A stretch of DNA of 61,102 nucleotides from Rickettsiales bacterium. Its GTDB lineage: Bacteria > Pseudomonadota > Alphaproteobacteria > Rickettsiales > UBA1997. The DNA lies in contig JAGWYT010000004.1 in NCBI GenBank assembly GCA_018969185.1, forward strand, positions 1 to 61,102, given 5' to 3'. Position numbers and translations under genes: made by a program. Below the pieces are notes generated by a model, which made no database searches, was not told the DNA's origin, and saw only the letters and a program-made list of their open reading frames with translations. Positions 1 to 8,429 of the stretch are shown in pieces; position 1 is the stretch's first letter, and every line of letters begins with the position of its first letter.

Positions 1-177
<177 letters not shown>

Positions 178-183
178 AATTAT

Positions 184-240
184 AGAAACTATCTTCGGAT
201 ATGTTTCTAAGAATCTTCTTTATTGAAGATTCAAAAAAAT
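184..240 (+). terminator. Two hairpins directly after 16S (processing stem and/or terminator)
   Basis: TAGAAAC-TATC-TTCG-GATA-T-GTTTCTA followed by GAATCTTC-TTTATT-GAAGATTC; no tRNA or 23S follows. Confidence 0.5.
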
Positions 241-311
241 AAATGGCGGACTATCGCCTTTGTTTTTTCCCTTTTATAAAATGCGACTTATTTACGATTT
301 TTACATTTTGT

Positions 312-791
312 ATGCCTCATCTTATCATCGAGCATTCCTCGGACATCAGTAAATCTTCAATTATAAATTTGCAAAAAAATATTCTTGGCATCATGCCTTC
401 GCTTGAAGGTAATTTTGATCCTGATCAATGCAAATGCCGCAGTTTTTCTTTTGATGAATATTTAGTTGGAAAATTGGATCATAAAAAATCTTCATTCATT
501 CATATTACAATAAAAATTCTTTCCGGTAGAAATTTGGAAATGCGTAAAAAACTTGCTGAAGAAATTTTTAAGCAAGCAAAAGAATCTTTTGATAAATTGG
601 CATTTTCACCGACAAAAAAAGATGAAATAATAGAGACTGCAAATAATTTAGTTGATGCAATTACTGGTGTTCCACACTTACAAATGCCTGTGATTAACCA
701 TGATTTGAGTGGAAAGCGTTGTGATATTTCAGTTAATGTTATTGAAATGGAAAGAGAGACTTATCAGAAAATCAGAATAGAAAATAAATAA
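312..791 (+). CDS. 5-carboxymethyl-2-hydroxymuconate isomerase-like protein (tautomerase superfamily)
   Basis: ATG at 312 gives MPHLIIEHS, the Pro-1 N-terminus of this family; FIHITIKILSGR and C-terminal DISVNVIEM also match. The ORF-track start at 243 is probably too long. Confidence 0.75.
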   Translation: MPHLIIEHSSDISKSSIINLQKNILGIMPSLEGNFDPDQCKCRSFSFDEYLVGKLDHKKSSFIHITIKILSGRNLEMRKKLAEEIFKQAKESFDKLAFSPTKKDEIIETANNLVDAITGVPHLQMPVINHDLSGKRCDISVNVIEMERETYQKIRIENK

Positions 792-1249
792 TGAATTTTG
801 ATAAATTAATTTTTCGTAAAGCTGAAGAAAAAGATTTATTACAAATTGTTACATTGCTTGCTGATGATATTTTGGGAAAGAATCGTGAAAATTTAGAAAA
901 TATAGGTTCATATAAAAAAGCTTTTGATGAAATTTCCTCTGATAAAAATAATTTTTTAGCTGTTGTTGAGTTTGAAAATAAAATTATTGGAACTTGTCAT
1001 TTAACTTTGATGACATCTTTAACTATGAAAGGTTCAAAGCGCATGAATATTGAGGCGGTGAGGGTTAGTAATGAATTTTCTAATCAAGGAATTGGCTCTT
1101 GGATGATGAAAAAAGCAATTGAGTTTGCTAAAAATAATAATGTTAAAATTGTGCAATTGACCAGTAATAAGGAGCGCCATGATGCACATCGTTTTTATGA
1201 AAGGCTTGGTTTTATTGCAAGCCATAAAGGTATGAAATTGGTTTTGTAA
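791..1249 (+). CDS. GNAT family N-acetyltransferase
   Basis: Acetyl-CoA motif A (VRVSNEFSNQGIGSWMM) and AHRFYERLGF. Confidence 0.9.
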   Translation: MNFDKLIFRKAEEKDLLQIVTLLADDILGKNRENLENIGSYKKAFDEISSDKNNFLAVVEFENKIIGTCHLTLMTSLTMKGSKRMNIEAVRVSNEFSNQGIGSWMMKKAIEFAKNNNVKIVQLTSNKERHDAHRFYERLGFIASHKGMKLVL

Positions 1250-1270
1250 AATTCTAATTTTAAGAAATAT

Positions 1271-2605
1271 ATGTCATTAGATGATCTTTCAATTATAGCT
1301 GGTAATGGACTTTCTGCTAAGTCAGAAAGTGAATTGGCAGAAAATTTTAGAACCTTTTCTTCTAAGCGTGAAGAGTTAAGTGGCAGAGTTATTGATAGCG
1401 ATATTGCTGTGTTAGGAAATGGAAAAAGTTTTCATAAAAGAAATTCTGAAGATGAGAAAATATTTCAAATTGCAAGTATTACCAAAACTTTCACTGCTGC
1501 GGCTTTAGTTAGAATCATGGTTGATAATCCTGATTATTTTGATAGAGATGATCCTTTAGCAACTAAAATTTCTGTTTTTAAAGATCGATTGAAACCAGAA
1601 GCGAAGGCTTATTTTGAGAAGTTAGAATTTGATCCTGAATTTCATTATGAAGATATAACTTTACGTCACGTGTTAAATCATAGCTCTGGTGTTATTTGCC
1701 AAGATTTTTCTGATAAATTTCGTAGCGATCAAACTAAAGAACTTCGCCTTTCTGAAGATACAGTTCCAGTAAAAAGTGAAGTGGGTTTTGGGGAGTTTAG
1801 TTATTCTGATGCAAATTATAATTACATAATTGAACCGATAATTGAAGCGGTTACAGGTAGAAATTTTGCTGATGTAATCCGTGATGAAATAATCATACCA
1901 TGCGAATTACATCAAACTTTTATGTTTGATGAGATGAAATATGATAGGGAAAGAAATGAAGTATTTGTAGAAGGGAGACCGGAAATAAAAGTGGCACAGG
2001 GTTATGATTATTTTGATGGAAAATATACATCAACACAGGATTTTAATTATGATTCTGCTGCTGGTGGAATTTATTCTAGTGCTCATGATGTGGCAAAATT
2101 CTACCAGAAATTATTAAGTGGAGAAATGATTGGTGATGAAGAAGATCAACAAAAATTTGATGATATTTTTTTTAAAGACGAGAATTTTATTGATAGTGAT
2201 AAATTCAAATATGGTGCTGGAATTAGGAGAATAGAGAATGAGGGAAAGGAATATTTTCTTCATAGCGGCAGTGCTTATGGATTTAATTCTTGTGTATGGG
2301 GACAAAGAAATTTAGATGCTGAAAAAGAGGTTAAAATCTGTGCTGCAGTGATTTCTTATGAAAATTTAACGCGTGAAATTGCTGCTGATTCAATTGGTGA
2401 TAAAAAAATAAAACCAAGTGGAGAGTTTTTTGTTGATGATGAGTTAAAGGATAAAATGGATGAGTTGGCTAGATCTAACTCTTTAGAACAGCTTATTGAA
2501 ATTAGAAAAGAGATGGAAGAAAATCACAAGATGGGAAAAGAAGATTCTTGGGCTGCAAGAATTAGGCAGGAAGAACAAAAAAAATCAAAAGAAAATGTTC
2601 GGTAA
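1271..2605 (+). CDS. Serine hydrolase, beta-lactamase/PBP-like family, with charged C-terminal tail
   Basis: SxxK (IASITK), ITLRHVLNHSSG, YSD in place of YSN, AAGGIYSS and HSG motifs; no signal peptide visible. Confidence 0.85.
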   Translation: MSLDDLSIIAGNGLSAKSESELAENFRTFSSKREELSGRVIDSDIAVLGNGKSFHKRNSEDEKIFQIASITKTFTAAALVRIMVDNPDYFDRDDPLATKISVFKDRLKPEAKAYFEKLEFDPEFHYEDITLRHVLNHSSGVICQDFSDKFRSDQTKELRLSEDTVPVKSEVGFGEFSYSDANYNYIIEPIIEAVTGRNFADVIRDEIIIPCELHQTFMFDEMKYDRERNEVFVEGRPEIKVAQGYDYFDGKYTSTQDFNYDSAAGGIYSSAHDVAKFYQKLLSGEMIGDEEDQQKFDDIFFKDENFIDSDKFKYGAGIRRIENEGKEYFLHSGSAYGFNSCVWGQRNLDAEKEVKICAAVISYENLTREIAADSIGDKKIKPSGEFFVDDELKDKMDELARSNSLEQLIEIRKEMEENHKMGKEDSWAARIRQEEQKKSKENVR

Positions 2606-3380
2606 AAATAAAATTTTAAAGCCAGAAAATCATGATGGGTTGCATTTGGATGTGGTGGAAATTTTTCCAACGCTTCAAGGTGAAGGGCCTTACGTGGGCT
2701 ATCCATCTGTGTTTGTGAGGCTTGGTGGCTGTAATTTGGCTTGTGAATTTTGTGATACAGAATTTGAAAATTATAAAAATTTTTCTCTATCAGAAATTTT
2801 AGATGAAGTGAGAAAATTAGCAAAAAATGATGAAGGAAAAATAGTTAGGAATTTAGTTGTGATAACTGGTGGAGAGCCTTTGCGTCAGCCAATAGAGCTC
2901 TTTTGCGAAGAGTTGGTAAAATCAGGATTTTTAGTGCAAATTGAAACTAATGGAACTTTATTTCGTGAATTACCAAAAGAAGTGAAGATTATTTGTTCGC
3001 CAAAAATTTCTAATGGTAAATATCATTCAATCAGACCAGATTTGCTTGCACGCATAAATGCTTTTAAGTTTATAGTGCGTAATCCACATTCTTGTCATCT
3101 CGAGCATAGCGAGAGATCTCTTCCAATCTCACGAGATTCTTCGCTAACAATCGCTAAAAGCGATTGTAAAGCTCATGATGACGGAGGGGGAGATAAAGAA
3201 AATTATTCTGAAATTATGGAGGTTGGTCAGTCAAAATTTAAAACTCCGGTTTATGTGCAACCGATGGATGAATATGATGAAGTTAAGAATAAAAAGAACT
3301 TACAATATGCTGCAGATTTATGCCAGAAACATGGTTATTTGCTTTCAATTCAACTGCATAAAATGCTTGGCTTAAAATAA
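2595..3380 (+). CDS. queE: 7-carboxy-7-deazaguanine synthase (radical SAM), with in-frame palindromic insertion
   Basis: EIFPTLQGEG, CNLACEFCDT (CxxxCxxC), VVITGGEP, IETNG, SIQLHK; ATG at 2595 overlaps the upstream stop region. Confidence 0.93.
   Translation: MFGKNKILKPENHDGLHLDVVEIFPTLQGEGPYVGYPSVFVRLGGCNLACEFCDTEFENYKNFSLSEILDEVRKLAKNDEGKIVRNLVVITGGEPLRQPIELFCEELVKSGFLVQIETNGTLFRELPKEVKIICSPKISNGKYHSIRPDLLARINAFKFIVRNPHSCHLEHSERSLPISRDSSLTIAKSDCKAHDDGGGDKENYSEIMEVGQSKFKTPVYVQPMDEYDEVKNKKNLQYAADLCQKHGYLLSIQLHKMLGLK
3093..3183 (+). repeat. Family-1 palindromic element (RPE/REP-like), in frame inside queE
   Basis: TGTCATCTCGAGC...GAGATTCTTCGC-TA-ACAATCGC-TAAAA-GCGATTGT-AAAGCTCATGATGACG, 91 bp, homologous to the copies at 6043 and 32716. 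Confidence 0.9.
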
Positions 3381-3438
3381 ATTTAAGTTTAGTTTGTTTT
3401 TATATTAACCGCATTTTATTAGTCCTAAAATAAACAAT

Positions 3439-4350
3439 ATGCAAAGAATCAAAAAGCGACAGGCTTTTTCTTTGATTGAATTATCTATAGTGATATTGGT
3501 GGTGGGAATCCTAGTTGCTGGTGTAATGCAGGCTAGTAGCATGATGATTAAATTTCAATTACAAACTGCAAGGTCTTTGACTAATAGCTCTCCAGTTTCA
3601 TCAATTAAGGATTTAGCATTATGGCTTGAAACAACTTCAGAGAGTAGTTTTTCTGGTTCTTACCCGGATAATTTGGATAGAATTGGTACGTGGAGAGATA
3701 TTAATTCGCAAGTTGGAATTAGAAATGATGCCACTCAAACCACAGGTTCTCTTCAGCCATATTTTTATGAGAATGTAATTAATGGCTTGCCCGGAATGTA
3801 TTTTACGCCTTCTACAAACCAAATAATGAATGGGACTTCTCCAATAAACTCAAAAAATTCTAATGGGTCTTTTTCGTTTTTCTTGGTTGCGCTATCTAAT
3901 CAAACAGGAAATTTTCAAACGCCATTTGATACAGGAACATGGAATAGTCAGGGATGGGCGTTTAATAAATTACAATCAGCTTGGAATAATGAATTGAGAT
4001 TTCTTATTTGTCGTAGTGCTGGCTGTGCTGCTCCTGGAACTGCAACTTATGCGCCAGACAATGTTATTCAAATATATTCTGCTGTGTTTGATGATAATAG
4101 TAAATTATGGTATTACATAAATGGTGGTACGCAAACTTTTACCCAAACTGGTTTAGGCACTATTTTAACAGCTACATCTGGTTATAGAGTGGGCAATGAT
4201 CAAGGTTGGATAAATGCGACTGTTAATGCAGCGTGGCGTGGTTATATTGGTGAAATTATTGTTTATAACCGCGCTCTTAAAACTGAAGAAAGAAGGGCAG
4301 TTGAGAAATATCTTGGACAAAAATGGAAGATTGCGGTGGTTGAAACGTAG
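3439..4350 (+). CDS. Type IV pilin-like protein (class III signal) with C-terminal LamG/ConA-like domain
   Basis: KKRQA|FSLIELSIVILVVGILVAG N-terminus; LWLE, GYIGEIIVYNRALKTEERRAVEKYL C-terminal jellyroll signature. Confidence 0.8.
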   Translation: MQRIKKRQAFSLIELSIVILVVGILVAGVMQASSMMIKFQLQTARSLTNSSPVSSIKDLALWLETTSESSFSGSYPDNLDRIGTWRDINSQVGIRNDATQTTGSLQPYFYENVINGLPGMYFTPSTNQIMNGTSPINSKNSNGSFSFFLVALSNQTGNFQTPFDTGTWNSQGWAFNKLQSAWNNELRFLICRSAGCAAPGTATYAPDNVIQIYSAVFDDNSKLWYYINGGTQTFTQTGLGTILTATSGYRVGNDQGWINATVNAAWRGYIGEIIVYNRALKTEERRAVEKYLGQKWKIAVVET

Positions 4351-4355
4351 TTTAT

Positions 4356-4832
4356 TTACCACTTATCAGGGCCTAAGATTCTAAATAAATTTTCAACCGC
4401 TTTTTCTATCATATTGTAAACTTCTGTGATGTCAGAATGCGAGCCATAGTAAGGGTCAATTAATTCATCATGCCATGAATTTTGCACTTTACAGAATTCA
4501 AGAAGTAATTTTATTTTTATATGATATTGTGGTTCTGCCATTGCAAGTAGATGACTCCTATGATCTTTAGTCATCGCAAGAATTAAGTCATATTCTTTGA
4601 AATCTTTATTTTCTATTTGTGTTGCAAAAATATTATCAAAAGAAACGCCGCGTTCTTTTCCAATTTTAACAACTCTTGAGTCTGGGCGTTCCTGATGATA
4701 AAAAACTTTTATTCCTGCTGAGGCAAAAGTTAATTTATTTTCAACATGTAGAATTTTTGCCTTATGGCGGGCAATAGCTTGCGCTGTGGGTGAGCGGCAA
4801 ATATTTCCAGTGCAAACAAATAAAATTTTCAT
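4356..4832 (-). CDS. Low-molecular-weight protein-tyrosine phosphatase, paralog 2
   Basis: P-loop VCTGNICRS and DPYYG. Confidence 0.92.
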   Translation of the reverse strand: MKILFVCTGNICRSPTAQAIARHKAKILHVENKLTFASAGIKVFYHQERPDSRVVKIGKERGVSFDNIFATQIENKDFKEYDLILAMTKDHRSHLLAMAEPQYHIKIKLLLEFCKVQNSWHDELIDPYYGSHSDITEVYNMIEKAVENLFRILGPDKW

Positions 4833-5290
4833 ATTATTTTGAAGAGTTTTTCAATAGCAATTTCAATAATATCAAATACATCAAGAAATTCTTTATAGCT
4901 ATGATAATAAGGGTCAACAACTTCATCATGCCATGAATTTTTTGTGTCACAAAATTCCAAAAATAATTTTATTTTATGATGATGATTTGAAGGTGAAATT
5001 CTAAGTAAATGCTTGAGATGTGATTTATCCATCGCAAAAATTAAATCAAAATTCTCAAAATCTTTGTCAGTTATTTTGCGAGAAAAAATATTATCACAAG
5101 AAATCCCTTTATCTTTGCAAGCCTTGACAGACCTTTGATCTGGGCTTTCACCACTGTGATAGCCTTCAATTCCCGCAGAATCAAAAATAAATTGATTTTC
5201 AACTTTTAGCTCTTTTGCTTTATGCCTTGCTATTGCGTGTGCTGTTGGTGAACGACAAATATTTCCAGTGCAGACAAAAAGAATTTTCAT
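4829..5290 (-). CDS. Low-molecular-weight protein-tyrosine phosphatase, paralog 1
   Basis: P-loop VCTGNICRS, DSAG, DPYY. Confidence 0.92.
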   Translation of the reverse strand: MKILFVCTGNICRSPTAHAIARHKAKELKVENQFIFDSAGIEGYHSGESPDQRSVKACKDKGISCDNIFSRKITDKDFENFDLIFAMDKSHLKHLLRISPSNHHHKIKLFLEFCDTKNSWHDEVVDPYYHSYKEFLDVFDIIEIAIEKLFKII

Positions 5291-6018
5291 TGATTTATTA
5301 TTTCAGCAAAATGCTTTTTTAAGGAAGATCTTGGAATTTCATATATATCACCAGCCTTTAAAGTTCCTAAAGAGAAAGGTCCGTAAGAGGTGCGAATAAG
5401 ACGATTTACCTTTAGTCCAAGTGCCTCCATAACTTTTCTAATTTCACGATTTTTTCCTTCTTCTAGCGAAATTGTCAGCCATGAATTTGATTCTTTTTCA
5501 ACATCAATTTCTACTTTAATTGAGCCATAGCGAACTCCATCAACAGTAATTCCATTAACTAATTTTTTTAATCTTTCGTGATTTAATTTTCCAAAAACAC
5601 GGGCGCGATATTTACGATCTAATTTATTTCTTGGCAATTCCATGTGACGAGAAAGTGCGCCACTGGTTGTGAATAATAAAAGTCCTTCAGTGTTGTAATC
5701 AAGCCTGCCGATGGTAATTACGCGGGGCATGTTTTTTGGTAATAAATCAAAAACGGTTTTACGACTATGTGGATCTTTAGTTGTTGTTAAAACACCTTCA
5801 GGTTTGTGAAATAAAAAGAGACGAACTTCCTGTTTGGCATTAATTAATTTATTATCAATCTTGATTGAATGATCAGTAATAAAGGTGGCGGGGCTTGAAA
5901 TCAATTCACCATTTACTTTTACACGTCCTTGCTTGATCAATTCTTCAGCTTCGCGGCGTGAGCAATAGCCTGAATCAGCAATTACTTTTGCGATTCTTAT
6001 GCCTTTTTCGTTTGTCAT
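5287..6018 (-). CDS. rluB: rRNA pseudouridine synthase, RsuA/RluB family
   Basis: N-terminal S4 domain (RIAKVIADSGYCSRREAE) and catalytic GRLD. Confidence 0.8.
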   Translation of the reverse strand: MTNEKGIRIAKVIADSGYCSRREAEELIKQGRVKVNGELISSPATFITDHSIKIDNKLINAKQEVRLFLFHKPEGVLTTTKDPHSRKTVFDLLPKNMPRVITIGRLDYNTEGLLLFTTSGALSRHMELPRNKLDRKYRARVFGKLNHERLKKLVNGITVDGVRYGSIKVEIDVEKESNSWLTISLEEGKNREIRKVMEALGLKVNRLIRTSYGPFSLGTLKAGDIYEIPRSSLKKHFAEIINQ

Positions 6019-6042
6019 ATCTGTTTGCTAAATTTGTTATAG

Positions 6043-6133
6043 TGTCATCCTGAGTCATAGATTTTCTTTTAGAAAATCTTGGCGAAGGATCTCATGCGTT
6101 TGAAAGAGATCCTTCGCTGCGCTCAGGATGACG
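6043..6133 (-). repeat. Family-1 palindromic element overlapping the 3' end of the C26 peptidase gene
   Basis: CGTCATCCTGAGCGCAGCGAAGGATCTC...GAGATCCTTCGCC-AAGATTTTC-TAAAA-GAAAATCT-ATGACTCAGGATGACA on the minus strand, 91 bp. Confidence 0.9.
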
Positions 6134-6889
6134 GCAGGATTTATATTCCTTTGCCGCTTTAATAAAACTTTCAAAAATTCTTTTATCAGCTTCCGACACT
6201 TCAAACTCTGGATGCCATTGCACGCCAAGACAGAAAGGATGATCAGATTTTTCAACTGCTTCAATAACGCCGTCAGAAGCATTAGCGCAAACTTTTAAAT
6301 TACTTCCAGCACATTTCACAGCTTGATGATGGCTGGAATTAGTCATGATTTTTTCTTCGCCAATTATCGAAAATAATTTACTATCTTTAGCAACCTTAAC
6401 TTCATGATAACCAGTGCGATAATCACTAAAACCATCAATATGGCTTTGTTCATGATCCATTAGATTTTGTTCATCAGGAATATGTTGAATAACCTTGCCT
6501 TTATGAAGCAAGTTAATTAGCTGCATGCCATTACATATGCCAAAAAATGGAATTTTAGTTTTTATTAATTCTGATCCAAGGGCATGTTCAAAATTTTCTC
6601 TGATATCATTTAATTTTACAGTGTGATGAATTTCTTTTTCGCCATATCTTTTTGGATTAATATCAAAATATCCACCCACAATCATTACTCCGTCAAGTGA
6701 TTCAAGATAAGAATCAATTAAATCATAATCATAAGTTAAAATAACAGCAGCTCCTCCTGCCTTATTGATCATTTCAACATAATTAGCGCGCAAAGCATAA
6801 TAATTTTTAACAGAATATCCATTAGGACATCCGTCTTTATAGTCAGGAACGATTCCAATTAAAGGGCGTAAAGATTTCTTACCTATCAT
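6092..6889 (-). CDS. Gamma-glutamyl-gamma-aminobutyrate hydrolase-like protein (peptidase C26)
   Basis: FGICNGMQ nucleophile elbow, NSSHHQAV, GVQWHPE catalytic His-Glu. Confidence 0.9.
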   Translation of the reverse strand: MIGKKSLRPLIGIVPDYKDGCPNGYSVKNYYALRANYVEMINKAGGAAVILTYDYDLIDSYLESLDGVMIVGGYFDINPKRYGEKEIHHTVKLNDIRENFEHALGSELIKTKIPFFGICNGMQLINLLHKGKVIQHIPDEQNLMDHEQSHIDGFSDYRTGYHEVKVAKDSKLFSIIGEEKIMTNSSHHQAVKCAGSNLKVCANASDGVIEAVEKSDHPFCLGVQWHPEFEVSEADKRIFESFIKAAKEYKSCRHPERSEGSLSNA

Positions 6890-6891
6890 TT

Positions 6892-8124
6892 TTATTTAGA
6901 GGAATTATAATTTTCAATTGCCGAAGCAAGAGCAGCAAGCCTTGCAATTAAAGAATAAATTTCTGAAATTTTATTTTTTTCTAATCCAACTTGAAGTTGA
7001 GAATTAGATAAATTTTCAAGATCAAAAAAACTGGCGCCAGCAGCATTTAAGCTAATTTTTTCATCACGTGCTTCATTAGCGCGAAATAGATTTCCAACCA
7101 CTTGAGCGTTAATCATGTAAATCATTGGCTCAGCAATTTTTCCATCAATTTTATCTATTGTTTTTATTCCTTCTTGAACCATGATTTGTGTGGTTTTCAC
7201 AGAGCCTTTAAGCATGTCCATTTTATTGCGCTCTTTTTTATTTATATGCAAAACATCTTCACCAGAAAAAACTGGCCACACCGCAATTCCGTAAGTGCCA
7301 TTGTCAGCTTTAATATAGCAATAAGGCTCATCATCAATGCCATATTTTTGATATTTATTTTTTAACTCAGCAATAATTTCATCAACATATTTTGCTAAAC
7401 ATTTTAAACCAGTTTGCTCTTTAAAATCTACGTCGTGACATGATCTGTGAGTTGAAGAAATAAGCCACGGATCGATGTCTAAAATTTGTGCTAACTCTTT
7501 GGCAATTTGATTATAAATATCGAAATGCGCTGATTTTGTTCTGTTGTGCCAGCCCATATTTTTAGATGGAACAATAGGAGTTGCGCAGTTTTCTAAAATC
7601 TCAGGAATTCCTGAGGTTAGATCGTTATTTAGCACAATTACGTCGGCAATAAATCCATCGATAGTTGTGATTTTTCCTGAATTATTTGCAACCGGATGAA
7701 GAGTTATGGAGCCTCCATTTTCAAGATCAATTGCGGTTTTTTCTTTAATTTCTTCAAGCAAAGTGCCAATAACCACTTCTCTTTTCGCAGAAATAACTTC
7801 TGTTAAATCAGCAATATTTTGTAGATAGCGTAAATTACGTGTATGACTTTCAGGAATGATTATAATTTTCTTTGCATCAGAAAAATTTTTATCAAAAAAA
7901 TCATCAGCAATTATTTTTGCTTTTTCTTTTGAGACTTTAGAAAGATTGTTAAAACCTGCAGGAAAGCAGTTGGTGTCAATTGGTGCAATCTTTATGCCAT
8001 TGTGACGTAAATCAACTGAATTATAAAATAACGCTGGAGTTTTGGCGAATTTTTCTTTAAACCAATTATCAATTAAAGCGCGATTATTTTCAATTTTTGT
8101 TAATAAAATTTCAGTTATATTCAT
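6892..8124 (-). CDS. gshA: Glutamate--cysteine ligase (Rickettsia/betaproteobacterial GshA type)
   Basis: FYNSVDLRHNGIKIAPIDTNCFPAGFNNL, IKADNGTYG, QEG, AEPMIYM. Confidence 0.88.
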   Translation of the reverse strand: MNITEILLTKIENNRALIDNWFKEKFAKTPALFYNSVDLRHNGIKIAPIDTNCFPAGFNNLSKVSKEKAKIIADDFFDKNFSDAKKIIIIPESHTRNLRYLQNIADLTEVISAKREVVIGTLLEEIKEKTAIDLENGGSITLHPVANNSGKITTIDGFIADVIVLNNDLTSGIPEILENCATPIVPSKNMGWHNRTKSAHFDIYNQIAKELAQILDIDPWLISSTHRSCHDVDFKEQTGLKCLAKYVDEIIAELKNKYQKYGIDDEPYCYIKADNGTYGIAVWPVFSGEDVLHINKKERNKMDMLKGSVKTTQIMVQEGIKTIDKIDGKIAEPMIYMINAQVVGNLFRANEARDEKISLNAAGASFFDLENLSNSQLQVGLEKNKISEIYSLIARLAALASAIENYNSSK

Positions 8125-8126
8125 TT

Positions 8127-8411
8127 TTAGTTGGTAAAATTTTCAGCGTAAGATTTCTGTTTTATTGTTGAATCATTTGGTTCAAAAACTTCATATTCAA
8201 AACCTTCGCTCTTCGCATATTCAATTGCTGTCTCTTTTGAATCAAAGAAAAATTTTAATTGAGTTTCTGTTTTATCAGATGAAGTCCAACCCATTAAAGG
8301 ATTGAGTTCTCGTGTTTTATTTTCTTCAAATGGAACCATTAACCATTTTTTATTTTTTGCTCTACCAGATTGCATTGCTGATTTTACTGGTTTGTAAATT
8401 TTTACTTTCAT
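8127..8411 (-). CDS. ETC complex I subunit (NDUFS4 homologue)
   Basis: KIYKPVKSAMQSGRA, NPLMGWTSS, LKFFFDSKETAIEYA, KSYAENF. Confidence 0.88.
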   Translation of the reverse strand: MKVKIYKPVKSAMQSGRAKNKKWLMVPFEENKTRELNPLMGWTSSDKTETQLKFFFDSKETAIEYAKSEGFEYEVFEPNDSTIKQKSYAENFTN

Positions 8412-8429
8412 GTGTTTATAAAATTAATT

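Noticed and set aside
6055-6282. 75-aa minus-strand ORF, and likewise 47733-47966
   Set aside because: They are alternative-frame readings across a real gene and/or a palindromic repeat, with no protein-like features.
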